64,000 nt of DNA from an uncultured Candidatus Poseidoniales archaeon (GCA_964389655.1 CAYMED010000002.1:72430-136429); one strand, 5' to 3'; shown: positions 49,353 through 60,420, counted from the stretch's first letter. The notes: generated by a model from the sequence alone, not told the origin. Program-made: numbers and translations.

Positions 49353-50882
49353 TCAACTTGAGCAAGATAGCATGGAGCAGCCCACGCGATTTCTCGCCCA
49401 CTCGGGTCTTTTCTGAAACCATTTTTCTTCCAGTTCGAATTGTTCATCATACGGATTCTTCAATAAAATGTGCAACTCTTCTGCAACTGAATAATCTCCT
49501 TTTTCGGCCGCATCGATAGCTAATTGCGCCATCCAATTTCGAAGTACATACTTTGGATTGGCACTACGCATTTCATCTCGAATTGGCATCCCTTCAGTTC
49601 TAGACCACCATTTTTCCAACCAATTGTTCCAACTCTCAATCGGAATTGTTGATGAATCATAAAATGCCTCTTCCATGAACATGATGTCTGGAGATTCGAT
49701 ATGGCACAGTCGTCGGAAAAATATGGTCATATCGCTTTCAACTTCTTGTAACAATGTGACTAATTCGCTAATGAGAGATTCATCGGGATCTGTAATTTGA
49801 TCAATACCAAGTTTTGCGGCCCACATTATGTTGTTGTGTTGTTCGAATGTTCCATAATATGTTTCAAGAACTTCATACAACATATCCTTGTTATCCATCA
49901 ATGGCCCTATCGATTCGAGGAATCGCGCAAGATTCCAAGCCCCAATCTGTGGTTGTTGTCCATACTGATATCGTCGGGTGGATGCATCGGTTGTATTGGG
50001 CGTCCATCTAGGGTTGAAATCTTCTAACCAACCGTATGGTCCATAATCTATGGTCAATCCATGAATGGACATATTATCTGTATTCATGACGCCGTGGACA
50101 AAGCCTACGCGCATCCAATGTGCAATCATGATCGCAGTCTGTTCAGCGATGTCTTTCAACCACGATATTCTCCCATTATCGTCATTGATATAATGGTCTG
50201 GAAAATGGTGTTTGACCGTGTGTTCAACGAGAATTTTCAATGTTGAATCATCTCCTGAAATAGTGTGAATTTGATAACTACCGAATCTCAGAAAGCTTGG
50301 AGCGACTCGACATACTACCGCCCCGGGTTCTAGTTCTGGATTACCATCATACATGACATCTCGAATCACGGGTTCTCCCGTGGTCACCAAAGACAATGCG
50401 CGAGTGGTGGGTATACCCAAATGGTGCATCGCTTCACTACAGAGAAATTCTCGTATGGACGAACGGAGTACCGCTTTACCATCTGCAAATCGTGAATAGG
50501 GGGTTTTTCCGGCCCCTTTGAGCTGCAATTCCAAGATTCCATTCTTTCCTTGCACCTCACCCAAAGTTATGGCCCTACCATCACCGAGTTGGTGTGCCCA
50601 ATTTCCAAATTGGTGGCCACCGTATCTTTGCGCATAGGGATCCATGCCTTCTATGATTTTACCACCTCCAAGAATTTCTCCATCAGGGCGTTCAATATCC
50701 AATTCATCTGCCATTTCATCAGACCAAAGTTGAAGTTCAGGTGAAGGGGGGAGTGTTGGACTCACTCGTGACCAGCAAGCATTCGGAATTTGGCGCGGTA
50801 GTCCGCCAATTTCCTTATCACCTGGAGTTTCATCTAAAAAACGACTGGACCATTGGAGTCCTTCAAGGGTATTCTTGCTCAC
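49353..50882 (-). CDS. selO: Protein adenylyltransferase SelO/YdiU
   Basis: [54 protein letters not shown] and C-terminal SCSS. Confidence 0.95.
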   Translation of the reverse strand: MSKNTLEGLQWSSRFLDETPGDKEIGGLPRQIPNACWSRVSPTLPPSPELQLWSDEMADELDIERPDGEILGGGKIIEGMDPYAQRYGGHQFGNWAHQLGDGRAITLGEVQGKNGILELQLKGAGKTPYSRFADGKAVLRSSIREFLCSEAMHHLGIPTTRALSLVTTGEPVIRDVMYDGNPELEPGAVVCRVAPSFLRFGSYQIHTISGDDSTLKILVEHTVKHHFPDHYINDDNGRISWLKDIAEQTAIMIAHWMRVGFVHGVMNTDNMSIHGLTIDYGPYGWLEDFNPRWTPNTTDASTRRYQYGQQPQIGAWNLARFLESIGPLMDNKDMLYEVLETYYGTFEQHNNIMWAAKLGIDQITDPDESLISELVTLLQEVESDMTIFFRRLCHIESPDIMFMEEAFYDSSTIPIESWNNWLEKWWSRTEGMPIRDEMRSANPKYVLRNWMAQLAIDAAEKGDYSVAEELHILLKNPYDEQFELEEKWFQKRPEWARNRVGCSMLSCSS

Positions 50883-53800
50883 GCCTATAACTCCGATGCA
50901 AGATTGCAGTTACAAGTAAACTCATTATTGCTAGCAATCCCGCAAACCCTGGCACAAATCCACCAGTTGCTTGTCCCCCTGTGCTGCTTGCAAGGTCTCC
51001 TCCAAGTTGTACGTTGACTGTAATATTTCGGAATTCCTCGCCATCATCAAACAAAATTGAAATCGGAACGTCTGCATCCGTATCTTCTGATACTGCAATC
51101 AGCGCCCCGATGGCCACCGTTGTTCCTGAATCTGTATTCCCATTTACGGTAACATTGATTGTTCCCCCTTCAGGATCTGAACATTTTGCAATGATCCAGT
51201 ATTTTCCTGGGGGAACTGGAATTGGTGGTAGATTAGATATATTCAATGCAGGAATTACGGCATCACCTTGCACGACCATACCTTGGGATTCTAGTGCCGT
51301 ATACACAGCACAGGTTGGCGGGAAATTTGCTGGACAACCAAGGCGTGCAGAAATTCCCTCAATGAGTGGGCACAGGTCAACGGAGTCAACAAATCCATCT
51401 CCATCCGTGTCTCTTTCACTTGGACCACAGCCTGCTAAATTGACAGTGTCTCCGCTGGGCGTTGATGGGCAAAGGAGGTCAAATGAATCTTTGATACCAT
51501 CATTGTCGCTATCCTTCTGTGATGGTGAACATCCGCGCATCAAACCAGTCAAGTCGACCGTTTCACCTGCTGGTGTACTTGTGCAATTATCACCTGTATT
51601 GAATACCCCGTCGCCGTCATCATCGAGTTCATTTTGGGCACATCCCAAGTCTGCTGATGATACATCTAGGATGACTGCTGAACCAGCGGATGTGGAAGGA
51701 CATTTTGTATCTGAGATGTCCTTGACGCCATCTAAGTCCGTGTCTTTTTGAGAGACCGAACATCCCCTCCATATTCCACTTACGTCTGCGGTTTCTGTGG
51801 TGGGGGTTCCAGGACAATTGTCCTTGTCAACCCCACCATCCATAACCCCATCTCCATCTTCATCTGCTGTCGATGAGGCGCAACCCGTGGCGCTGGAAAC
51901 AGGAGTTCCGATGACTGTCAACGGACACTGGTCTGCCGCATCTAAAACCCCATCATTATCATCATCAGAATCACATCCGTCTGGTATCAAATCGGAATCA
52001 TAATCTGCTTTATCATCAAATCCAGCACATGCATCGTCTCGGTTGATGACGCCATCTGCATCATCATCTTTCTGTGGTTGTGAACAACCAATCCAATCAC
52101 CGGTCAAATCAGCGGTTTCTGTGGTGGGGGTTCCAGAACAATTGTCCATCTCATCCGAGACCCCATCACCATCCGAATCTAGGATGATCAAATCAGAGCC
52201 GTCGCAATCTTGATCGATTCCATCGTTTGCAATCTCTATTGCCCCTGGGTGGATGTTCGGGCTACCGTCGTCACAATCATCCATATCTGCAAAATAACCA
52301 TCGCCGTCATTATCGATTTGTGAAATTTCAAAGCACTTTTCTTTCTGTTCCAACTTATTATCATCAGCACCAACTCCTACGAAAAGTGTTGCATTTAAGC
52401 AATAGCCTGCTGGCGTTAGAAAATTTATCCATGAAGTATATTGATATCCCATTGTAAGGCTAATCCAAGAGAAATTTCCATAAGAAATCACAGTACGTTG
52501 AGTTTCATTCAGTAGGGTCCAATTAACACCGTACCACTCACCTAGGTCTTGTTCAAGCATCAAAAAGGTGAATTTTGCAGACCCATTTGAGAATGGGTCG
52601 ATTGTAACTTCCATCGTTGAATTATCAACAGCCCCCAATGTAATCACATCAAAAGTGATGCTTTTGGATCCACGATCGCTGCTGATGTTATTGTTGTATA
52701 AGTTGACCGTTGCCGTATAGGTATCTTCAGCAACAGGTTTGAATGGATCAAGATACCAGTAATAGTTACCGCCGGATTTGAGCGGTGAATCGAATGAATC
52801 CGTTTGCGTATGGACGGTGGTTCCACTTGAATCCTTGACCACTAAACTGTGTGTATAATTTCGACCAGATGTTGTCAGATAGTAAGGCATCCCACCATAT
52901 TGTGCCCACAAACTGATGTTGCTGCCCAATTGATACGATGGAGTGGATGGTTGGACAGATCTGATGTCTGACTCGTCTCCGTATGTAAATTCTGAATCAG
53001 CCCACGTCCATCCCGTTGCATCCACACCTTTTGCCGTGATTTTGGCGACTATGATGTAAGTGCTATTGCTTCTGTTATAGGACCACCCGGGATTGCTTCC
53101 GTTTGCACCGACCATCATATTTTGCATGGGTAGGGTGATGGTTGATGAGTAGGAAGTTACTCCTGTAATTCCAGAAATATTTCCAGACCCGTTGTAGCCC
53201 CACACAGTAGATGGTGAAGATCCCCATGTATGCTGATATACATTTCCAAGTGACCAATTGATGTCATACGTAGCAGATGAATTTAGGCCATATAATCGCA
53301 CAGGGATCGTGATCTCAATCTCACTTCCTAGATAATCAGTCTTAGACATATTGATGTGGATCAATTCCGTTCCAATAATTCCCGTATCTACAACATCAAA
53401 AGTGATGCTTTTGGATCCACGATCGCTGCTGATGTTATTGTTGTATAAGTTGACCGTTGCCGTATAGGTATCTTCAGCAACAGGTTTGAATGGATCAAGA
53501 TACCAGTAATAGTTACCGCCGGATTTGAGCGGTGAATCGAATGAATCCGTTTGCGTATGGACGGTGGTTCCACTTGAATCCTTGACCACTAAACTGTGTG
53601 TATAATTTCGACCAGATGTTGTCAGATAGTAAGGCATCCCACCATATTGTGCCCACAAACTGATGTTGCTGCCCAATTGATACGATGGAGTGGATGGTTG
53701 GACAGATCTGATGTCTGACTCGTCTCCGTATGTAAATTCTGAATCAGCCCACGTCCATCCCGTTGCATCCACACCTTTTGCCGTGATTTTGGCGACTATG

Positions 53801-54231
53801 ATGTAAGTGCTATTGCTTCTGTTATAGGACCACCCGGGATTGCTTCCGTTTGCACCGACCATCATATTTTGCATGGGTAGGGTGATGGTTGATGAGTAGG
53901 AAGTTACTCCTGTAATTCCAGAAATATTTCCAGACCCGTTGTAGCCCCACACAGTAGATGGTGAAGATCCCCATGTATGCTGATATACATTTCCAAGTGA
54001 CCAATTGATGTCATACGTTACTGATGCGTTCAAGCCAGTTGCTTGCACAGGAATTGTGATGGATAACTCATCTCCTTGGTACGCGGTTTTGGTCATGTTG
54101 ATGTTGATCGTCTCATTCCCTGTAAATGCACGACCAGACGTCGAAGCAATGGCTGGCGTGGCCAGTGTTGCTGAAATTGCTAACAACATCACTGCAACCA
54201 TTGAGACGCTTTGAACACGAAGGGGCTTCAT
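50863..54231 (-). CDS. Surface protein with duplicated 249-aa N-terminal module, MopE-like metal-binding motif, TSP3 repeats and PGF-CTERM
   Basis: Signal peptide; [27 protein letters not shown]; DxDxDGV..D.CP repeats; [25 protein letters not shown]. Confidence 0.85.
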   Translation of the reverse strand: MKPLRVQSVSMVAVMLLAISATLATPAIASTSGRAFTGNETININMTKTAYQGDELSITIPVQATGLNASVTYDINWSLGNVYQHTWGSSPSTVWGYNGSGNISGITGVTSYSSTITLPMQNMMVGANGSNPGWSYNRSNSTYIIVAKITAKGVDATGWTWADSEFTYGDESDIRSVQPSTPSYQLGSNISLWAQYGGMPYYLTTSGRNYTHSLVVKDSSGTTVHTQTDSFDSPLKSGGNYYWYLDPFKPVAEDTYTATVNLYNNNISSDRGSKSITFDVVDTGIIGTELIHINMSKTDYLGSEIEITIPVRLYGLNSSATYDINWSLGNVYQHTWGSSPSTVWGYNGSGNISGITGVTSYSSTITLPMQNMMVGANGSNPGWSYNRSNSTYIIVAKITAKGVDATGWTWADSEFTYGDESDIRSVQPSTPSYQLGSNISLWAQYGGMPYYLTTSGRNYTHSLVVKDSSGTTVHTQTDSFDSPLKSGGNYYWYLDPFKPVAEDTYTATVNLYNNNISSDRGSKSITFDVITLGAVDNSTMEVTIDPFSNGSAKFTFLMLEQDLGEWYGVNWTLLNETQRTVISYGNFSWISLTMGYQYTSWINFLTPAGYCLNATLFVGVGADDNKLEQKEKCFEISQIDNDGDGYFADMDDCDDGSPNIHPGAIEIANDGIDQDCDGSDLIILDSDGDGVSDEMDNCSGTPTTETADLTGDWIGCSQPQKDDDADGVINRDDACAGFDDKADYDSDLIPDGCDSDDDNDGVLDAADQCPLTVIGTPVSSATGCASSTADEDGDGVMDGGVDKDNCPGTPTTETADVSGIWRGCSVSQKDTDLDGVKDISDTKCPSTSAGSAVILDVSSADLGCAQNELDDDGDGVFNTGDNCTSTPAGETVDLTGLMRGCSPSQKDSDNDGIKDSFDLLCPSTPSGDTVNLAGCGPSERDTDGDGFVDSVDLCPLIEGISARLGCPANFPPTCAVYTALESQGMVVQGDAVIPALNISNLPPIPVPPGKYWIIAKCSDPEGGTINVTVNGNTDSGTTVAIGALIAVSEDTDADVPISILFDDGEEFRNITVNVQLGGDLASSTGGQATGGFVPGFAGLLAIMSLLVTAILHRSYRREQEYP
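52646..53271. repeat. Direct repeat, copy 1 (626 bp)
   Basis: Matches 53393-54018 (offset 747 bp) by eye with no mismatch seen. Confidence 0.93.
53393..54018. repeat. Direct repeat, copy 2 (626 bp)
   Basis: Matches 52646-53271; duplicate shadow ORFs in the track agree. Confidence 0.93.
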
Positions 54232-54285
54232 GCGTTGTTTTTCATAAGACATGATCCTACTCGTGAATTTCATAGTTTTATACTT

Positions 54286-55257
54286 TTATTCAGCAATCCC
54301 TGAAAGAATAATTCTGATGCTATCGAGATCATTTGACTGAATGAATCCCTCCTGTTTTTGGGAATCAACATTCACTTTTTCAAGCCACAAGTCGTACTCG
54401 TTGACGCGCCAAAGGGGCGCGCCCCGCAGAATTATTTCATCAATAAAACCGCGTTTCGCAGAACTGACAAGGAGAGTTGGGATTCCAAGTATTGCTGCCT
54501 CACAAGCAACAGTTGTCGATTGTGAAATGACGCCAGCATGTGCTAATGCGCGATATGGGCCATTCCACGGTCGATCGATCTTCTCACGTTCAATCCACTG
54601 AACAAGCGGCCGGTCCATTTTCGTTAATAGGTCTCCAATGTGTTCTATTTCGTTGTCATCATGTCCTCCATCACCGTGCAGATGGCGAACAAGGATTGAA
54701 TTTCTTTCCTGTTTGAATGATGGTGTCGTTTTCATGTGCAATTCAGGGTGCAATAAATCATGTCTCGTGACTTTGATGTCTAGATGTTCAATCGACTTAA
54801 GCCATCCTCCATCGAGATCTTTTCGCCAATAGGATGGTACAATGACATGAGTGGCAGCCTTACGAATGAGTTGCAGGCTTTTTTCATCGATTTCTGTATC
54901 AACTAGCACCATTCGTTCTACGATGCCCGCCCGCATTCCAGCAACAAGATCAATTCCTGCATTGACAGCAACCATGCGCTCGCCCCTTTCATGTGTCCGT
55001 ATCCATCGTTTTACTTTCTGGAGTCTTTTCCCAGCAATCCAAATTTTTTGAAAGCGGTTCACCCCGGATCCAGCGGGTCTTGGAACCCATAACAGTGGCC
55101 GTAAAGGCAAGGGTGAATTTTCATCATCCAGCAGATTTCGCACTTCAGGGCGATCCACGGCGATGATTCGATCACGGTCACTGCCCGAGCAAATTGATGC
55201 TGCAAGAATATGCACATGTGCGGGGTGATCAATCACCCAGAATGTGCTCGGTTGCAT
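54286..55257 (-). CDS. DUF354-like putative GT-B glycosyltransferase
   Basis: N-terminal IDHPAHVH, DTE, and STTVACEAAILGIPT resemble DUF354/LpxB-like motifs. Confidence 0.6.
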   Translation of the reverse strand: MQPSTFWVIDHPAHVHILAASICSGSDRDRIIAVDRPEVRNLLDDENSPLPLRPLLWVPRPAGSGVNRFQKIWIAGKRLQKVKRWIRTHERGERMVAVNAGIDLVAGMRAGIVERMVLVDTEIDEKSLQLIRKAATHVIVPSYWRKDLDGGWLKSIEHLDIKVTRHDLLHPELHMKTTPSFKQERNSILVRHLHGDGGHDDNEIEHIGDLLTKMDRPLVQWIEREKIDRPWNGPYRALAHAGVISQSTTVACEAAILGIPTLLVSSAKRGFIDEIILRGAPLWRVNEYDLWLEKVNVDSQKQEGFIQSNDLDSIRIILSGIAE

Positions 55258-55351
55258 GCCCGTGCGAAGGGTGCTGTATTGATCGGCTTTGGCCTAACCA
55301 GTCAATATGAATCATGCGAATAATCATCATATTAGTCGATCACCGGCTGGT

Positions 55352-55717
55352 ATGGCAAAAGAGCGAATCGATACAGGCGCGCAGGTCTTTGGACCTTACA
55401 GCCCCGGGGTAAAAAGCGGTGGTGTCATTTGGTTAGCTGGACAAATTGCCCCGGACGCAGGGGGTGTTTCTGAGCAAACTCAAGCGTGTTTAGACAAAGT
55501 CGATGCCTTGTTGGCGTCAGCGGGGACTTCCAAACACGCTGCGACTTTCGTACAGGTTTTACTTAAGGATATCAATGACTTTGGAGCCATGAACGAAGTG
55601 TATGGGTCTTGGCTAGACGGTGTCGAAATACCCCCCGCTCGTGCAGCCTTTGAGGTGGCCGCCCTGCCTCGCAACTCAGCGGTTGAAATTGTTGTTCAAG
55701 CATCTGAAGATTCGTGA
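55352..55717 (+). CDS. ridA: RidA/YjgF family enamine deaminase
   Basis: GPYSPG, AGQI, DFGAMNEVY and PPARAAFEVAALP..VEI. Confidence 0.92.
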   Translation: MAKERIDTGAQVFGPYSPGVKSGGVIWLAGQIAPDAGGVSEQTQACLDKVDALLASAGTSKHAATFVQVLLKDINDFGAMNEVYGSWLDGVEIPPARAAFEVAALPRNSAVEIVVQASEDS

Positions 55718-55860
55718 TTAAATTGCTTTGAATGGGGTTGATACCCCTTTAACCTCGCAAGCCCGAATTTTGGATTGTGATCCTCATAATTTCTAAACCA
55801 TTTACCCGTGAGCTTCTCTTTCCGATATAGCCAAAATCTCAACCGAAGTCGACTATCTCA

Positions 55861-56631
55861 ATGAATACGTGTGGGGTGGTGCTAGCAGGCGGATGGGGAA
55901 CACGTCTTCGGCCTTTGACAACGTCGGTCAACAAGCATCTTCTTCCAGTCTATGACGAACCAATGATCTGCAAATCGCTTGGCTGTCTGCAAAGGATGGG
56001 TATCGAAGAGGTCATGGTTGTACTGGGTGGCCATTCTGGAAACTCATTCTTTGATTTGCTAGGGGATGGGCACAGATTTGGCATTTCAATTCACTACGCC
56101 TATCAGGAACGCGCGGGTGGTATCGCAGATGCGCTAAAACTCACGAAGGGATTTGTGGGTGAACGAAACGTTGCCGTGATCTTAGGTGATAATGTGTTTG
56201 CAGAAAATATGGCTCCTTATTTGGCAGAATTTGAGAAAGACGATAGTAGCGAGTGCTATCTATTCTTGAAAGAAGTGGATGATCCAGAATCATTCGGGAT
56301 TGCTTGGGTTGATTCAGATGGAGCCATCGTGCATATGGCAGAAAAACCAAGAGACCCTGATTCAAACCTTGCGGTCACTGGACTCTACTTCTACAGCCCA
56401 CGCGTGTTTGATCTCATCGATGAATCCATTGAAGTTGTTGGCCCATCGAGGCGTGGTGAATTGGAGATTACAGATATCAATCGGTTTTACATGGAACGAG
56501 ATATGGCCAGAGGCATTCGCTTTGAGGGATATTGGGCTGACTGTGGGACGCGTGATGCACTCTTGGAATCATCAACTTTGATGAAAGAATGGGGCTTTGG
56601 CCCTTGGCTACGAGAACGACTTGAGGGATGA
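55861..56631 (+). CDS. rmlA: Glucose-1-phosphate thymidylyltransferase (short SpsI/RmlA type)
   Basis: LAGGWGTRLRPLT, KHLLPVYDEPMI, LGDN, EKP, RGELEITD and WADCGT. Confidence 0.9.
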   Translation: MNTCGVVLAGGWGTRLRPLTTSVNKHLLPVYDEPMICKSLGCLQRMGIEEVMVVLGGHSGNSFFDLLGDGHRFGISIHYAYQERAGGIADALKLTKGFVGERNVAVILGDNVFAENMAPYLAEFEKDDSSECYLFLKEVDDPESFGIAWVDSDGAIVHMAEKPRDPDSNLAVTGLYFYSPRVFDLIDESIEVVGPSRRGELEITDINRFYMERDMARGIRFEGYWADCGTRDALLESSTLMKEWGFGPWLRERLEG

Positions 56632-56632
56632 A

Positions 56633-57667
56633 ATGCGAATTCTCGCCACCGGTGGTTGTGGATTCATAGGGTCTCACTTTGTCCATCAAGCACTGGACCG
56701 CGTGGATGTCGAATGTGTTGTCAATCTTGACGCATTGACATATTCAGGACATTTGGGCAACCTTGAAGGGTTAAGTGAAGATGAAAGATATCTGTTCATT
56801 CACGCTTCTATCAATGAAAAGGAAGGCTTCCAAGAAATTCTAAGTGAGCATGAAATCGATTTGGTTGTTCATTTAGCTGCAGAAAGTCACGTTGATCGCT
56901 CAATCGATTCGGTTGAGCCCTTTGTCAAAACCAATGTGGATGGTACTCGATCCGTGCTTGAAGCCATCCATAACCTCAGAAAAAAGGGCACAGATATCCG
57001 CCTTGTGCATGTATCTACGGATGAGGTCTACGGCTCACTTGGGCCAAATGATCCGCCTTTCACTGAAGCAACATCATTGGACCCGAGAAACCCATATGCA
57101 TCCACAAAAGCAGCATCGGACCTCTTAGTTCGGGCGTTTTCCCATACCCATAACCTTCCGGCAGTGATTACGAGATGCTCAAACAATTATGGACCAAATC
57201 AATTCCCCGAGAAACTCATCCCTCTCATGACACTCAATGCACTTGAAGGAAAATCACTTCCTGTCTATGGAGATGGAATGCAAATACGTGACTGGATCCA
57301 TGTAAGCGACCACGTGGATGGGATCTTGACACTGTGTGAAGCAATCATGGACGACAACATCGAATTTGGGGAGGTGTTCAATATGGGGGCTGATAATGAA
57401 ATCCCAAATATCGAAATCGTGCACAAAATCATCGAACTTACCGGTGCATCAAAAGAACAAATCGAGCACGTACGTGATCGACCAGGGCACGACCGGCGAT
57501 ATGCCATGGGCTTTGAGAAAATGGCACATCGTTTCTCTTGGTCTCCTAAAACCGCATGGAAACACGGGATTGAGGAAACCGTAAGTTGGTATCAAGAACG
57601 CACGGACTGGGTTGATTCTGTCCGGACTGGCGCATATCGTGAATGGATCGACACGCACTATAGGTGA
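56633..57667 (+). CDS. rmlB: dTDP-glucose 4,6-dehydratase
   Basis: TGGCGFIGS, AAESHVDRSI, STDEVYG, YASTK, NNYGPNQFPEKLIP and DRPGHDRRY. Confidence 0.95.
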   Translation: MRILATGGCGFIGSHFVHQALDRVDVECVVNLDALTYSGHLGNLEGLSEDERYLFIHASINEKEGFQEILSEHEIDLVVHLAAESHVDRSIDSVEPFVKTNVDGTRSVLEAIHNLRKKGTDIRLVHVSTDEVYGSLGPNDPPFTEATSLDPRNPYASTKAASDLLVRAFSHTHNLPAVITRCSNNYGPNQFPEKLIPLMTLNALEGKSLPVYGDGMQIRDWIHVSDHVDGILTLCEAIMDDNIEFGEVFNMGADNEIPNIEIVHKIIELTGASKEQIEHVRDRPGHDRRYAMGFEKMAHRFSWSPKTAWKHGIEETVSWYQERTDWVDSVRTGAYREWIDTHYR

Positions 57668-57671
57668 TCCC

Positions 57672-58112
57672 GTGCAAACACTACGAGCGCGTTTTGATGC
57701 CCTACCTGAAAAAGTCCGTTTTATCATTGTAGGGGGATTTGGAGTTCTCATTGGATGGCTGATTTACAACACCATCTATCTCTTGAATCCAATTGATGAT
57801 TATAGGGCAACATCGTCATGGTTAATCGGATACCTCATTGGCATCTCGCAGCAGCACGGCATGCATTGGGCGTTCACCTTTCAAGGAAATAGGAGGCATT
57901 ATGGTTCTAGTTTGAGACGTGCATACATTGCCTATTCGGGTACATTGGTCCTCAGTACTGTGATAAATTACATCATGGTTGAGATCCAAGGTTTCCATTA
58001 CCAACTCGCTTGGGTTGTATCTGTGGGTGCTTCTGTAGTCATGAACTATACCCTCCTTCGTAAATTTTCATTTGATATGGAACTAGAAGACACAACCCCA
58101 TCGAAGGATTGA
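57672..58112 (+). CDS. GtrA-family membrane protein
   Basis: RFIIVGGF start, four short TMs, NYTLLRKFSF end; GGTGA SD before GTG. Confidence 0.8.
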   Translation: MQTLRARFDALPEKVRFIIVGGFGVLIGWLIYNTIYLLNPIDDYRATSSWLIGYLIGISQQHGMHWAFTFQGNRRHYGSSLRRAYIAYSGTLVLSTVINYIMVEIQGFHYQLAWVVSVGASVVMNYTLLRKFSFDMELEDTTPSKD

Positions 58113-58151
58113 CAGCACTGATCCCTTCGCTTCGCATCGGGAGGGGAGCCT

Positions 58152-59147
58152 ATCCACATCACTGACAAGTTTTGCCACGAAGGGGGAAAAACACCTTTCT
58201 CAGTCGAAATTCTCCCCCCAAATCGCGGAGATGGCCTTTCACGCGTGGATGAAATGATGGATCGGTTGATGCCGAGAGGGCCTTCATTTGTGAGCGTAAC
58301 ATATCATCAAGCCCACATTAAGAAGAAAGTCATTGATGGGATTGAACAGATATCTTGGAATCGAAAAAAGCCAGGCTCAATTGGAGTTTGTGCAGCGATG
58401 AAGTTCCGCCATCATGCAGAAGTGCTTCCCCACGTCATCTGTGGGGGGTTTTCCAAATCAGATACGGAGGATTTCCTTCTTGATCTAGATTATTTAGGCC
58501 TTGAGAATGTGCTGGCCCTGCGAGGGGACCCAGCACCGGGAAATGACCGGTTTGAAGCAGATGCTGATGGGCACAACCACGCAAATGAACTCGTTCGACA
58601 AATTGTGAATATGAATAAGGCAGAATATATTGATTCGGTCGAAAAACCGGTTGCAACAAATTTCTGCATTGGAGTTGCTGGATATCCCGATAAACATCAT
58701 GAAGCATTAGATATGCAGGATGACATCCAGAATCTAGCCAATAAAGTTGAGGCGGGAGGGGATTATATCGTCACGCAGATGGTCTTCGACACGCACCGCT
58801 ATCTCTCCTTTGTCGACACGTGTCGAGAAGCGGGAATCGATGTGCCAATCGTTCCGGGGCTCAAGGTGCTATCTTCGAAAAAGCAGGCTGAGGCCCTTTC
58901 TCGGATTTTCCACGTCTACATTCCTGAAGACGTTAAACAAAGGCTTTCCGATGCGGGGGATGCAGAATCGCAGAAAGAAGTGGGCATTCAGCACGCCTTT
59001 GAAATGTCGTGTGAACTCTCAGAAGAAGGCGTCCCGGACCTCCACTATTACTCGATGAATCGGATCACTGAAATTGGCCCGGTGATCGACCAGTTGCTTG
59101 ATCAAAACCAGATCTGTTCATCTTCCCCTACAACAAATGGAAACTAA
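58152..59147 (+). CDS. metF: 5,10-methylenetetrahydrofolate reductase; start codon anomalous (see findings)
   Basis: FSVEILPP (upstream of the track start), FVSVTY, NVLALRGD, GVAGYPDKH, YIVTQM, PIVPG and LHYYSMN. Confidence 0.9.
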   Translation: MHITDKFCHEGGKTPFSVEILPPNRGDGLSRVDEMMDRLMPRGPSFVSVTYHQAHIKKKVIDGIEQISWNRKKPGSIGVCAAMKFRHHAEVLPHVICGGFSKSDTEDFLLDLDYLGLENVLALRGDPAPGNDRFEADADGHNHANELVRQIVNMNKAEYIDSVEKPVATNFCIGVAGYPDKHHEALDMQDDIQNLANKVEAGGDYIVTQMVFDTHRYLSFVDTCREAGIDVPIVPGLKVLSSKKQAEALSRIFHVYIPEDVKQRLSDAGDAESQKEVGIQHAFEMSCELSEEGVPDLHYYSMNRITEIGPVIDQLLDQNQICSSSPTTNGN

Positions 59148-59158
59148 TTTTTTTCACA

Positions 59159-59491
59159 TCACTGCTTGACGACGGGATGGCCTACTTTTGACCAATGTTT
59201 CATTCCCTTGGAGAGTACGCGGACATCGGGATGTCCATTTTCAGTAAGTGCTCGGGCCACCATTGATGAGCGCTGATCTGTACGGCAAGTAATGACAAGG
59301 CGATCACTAACCCGGGTTTTTAATTGCTCAAACCAAGTCACTCCTTGTGTCAATGGAAGCAATTCTGCACCTTCAATCACGCCAGTTCCACTTGCCCATT
59401 CTGCGGGTTCACGAACATCAATGACACAAGGGGGGGAGTCACTTGACAACTCTTCGAGGAGCGTTGCTGCTTCGATCCATCGAATCTCCAA
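59159..59491 (-). CDS. Single-domain rhodanese
   Basis: VIDVREPAEW..G.IEGA, active loop CRTDQRS and GMKHW; TTG 59491 preceded by GGTGA. Confidence 0.85.
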   Translation of the reverse strand: MEIRWIEAATLLEELSSDSPPCVIDVREPAEWASGTGVIEGAELLPLTQGVTWFEQLKTRVSDRLVITCRTDQRSSMVARALTENGHPDVRVLSKGMKHWSKVGHPVVKQ

Positions 59492-59505
59492 AGAATCACC
59501 CGCGG

Positions 59506-60420
59506 TCAATCTTCGGATTCTTCTCCACCGCCACCCGTGAACCAACTAATGGGTCCCATTACAGGAACTGTTTTGACGCGCTGAGACCAGTAATCTTCAT
59601 CTTCCCCTTCAAGGCCGGCTTTTCCAACAGATGCGATGGCAGCGCCATGCAGCCCACCCAATGCTAAGACAATGATTCCGATCACTCCAAGGGTAGCCCA
59701 CAGCCATCCCAGACCACCGGATTCATCCACCACGGCGGCTTCTTCAAAGATCGAGGCATCTTCGGATTCGACGGTGATGGGGAAATCAACATTTGAGGTG
59801 GATCCAAAAGTGAGGGAAAAGGACGCTGGATCATCTAGGAGTATAAGCATACCACTAGTGCCCTGAAGCGTGACTTGGATCCGGATGGTGGGGTTGTCCG
59901 TTCCTGCCATCCACTGATCAAATACATCACTTTCTTGAGTTACGTTGAAGTCAAAGACGTAGGCTTTCTGGCCCGTTGTGAGGGCTTCATAGACTTGCTC
60001 GCCAATTTCTTTGCTTCCAGAAGTCAGCGTGATGGTCAAAGGTTCAATGACGCCTTGATTGTCATTGTCCGCATCAAAATTTAGATCCATGGTGATTGAT
60101 CCCGTGATGGTTCCATTCGGGTCAAGGACAAAATTGGTCGCCAATTCTGGCCTCATCGCCAATTCAATGTCAATGGCGAGCTGTGAGTTTCCAGTAGCCG
60201 TTTCCTCATATGAACCGGAAGATTCCTCATCTGTGTCGTTGAAATGGGCCCAAAAATCAGCGCCCGAATCGACGCCGAACAGAAACATCTTCGTTGAATT
60301 TAAAGAAGGCTGTCTTGGGTCATCTGCTGTTGAGTCCTGTGCGCCGATAGTGGGCGATGCAAGAGGCGCTCCAACAAGCAATACAAGGGTGATCAGCGCG
60401 ATGGCGCGGGATTTCATCAT
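59506..60420 (-). CDS. Secreted single-pass membrane protein, hypothetical
   Basis: Signal peptide, beta-rich domain and TM WLWATLGVIGIIVLALGGL. Confidence 0.7.
   Translation of the reverse strand: MMKSRAIALITLVLLVGAPLASPTIGAQDSTADDPRQPSLNSTKMFLFGVDSGADFWAHFNDTDEESSGSYEETATGNSQLAIDIELAMRPELATNFVLDPNGTITGSITMDLNFDADNDNQGVIEPLTITLTSGSKEIGEQVYEALTTGQKAYVFDFNVTQESDVFDQWMAGTDNPTIRIQVTLQGTSGMLILLDDPASFSLTFGSTSNVDFPITVESEDASIFEEAAVVDESGGLGWLWATLGVIGIIVLALGGLHGAAIASVGKAGLEGEDEDYWSQRVKTVPVMGPISWFTGGGGEESED

Noticed and set aside
49353-49380. Possible selenocysteine at the SelO C-terminus (TGA stop)
   Set aside because: The Sec-equivalent position is already Cys (SCSS), and the TGA follows the normal family end.
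52646-54018. Duplication as a DGR template/variable pair, CRISPR array or IS ends
   Set aside because: No adenine-specific mismatches, reverse transcriptase, spacers or transposase were seen; it is an in-frame domain duplication.
55734-55750. GGGGT-tgat-ACCCC-TTT hairpin after ridA
   Set aside because: The stem is only 5 bp, which is too weak to call as a terminator.
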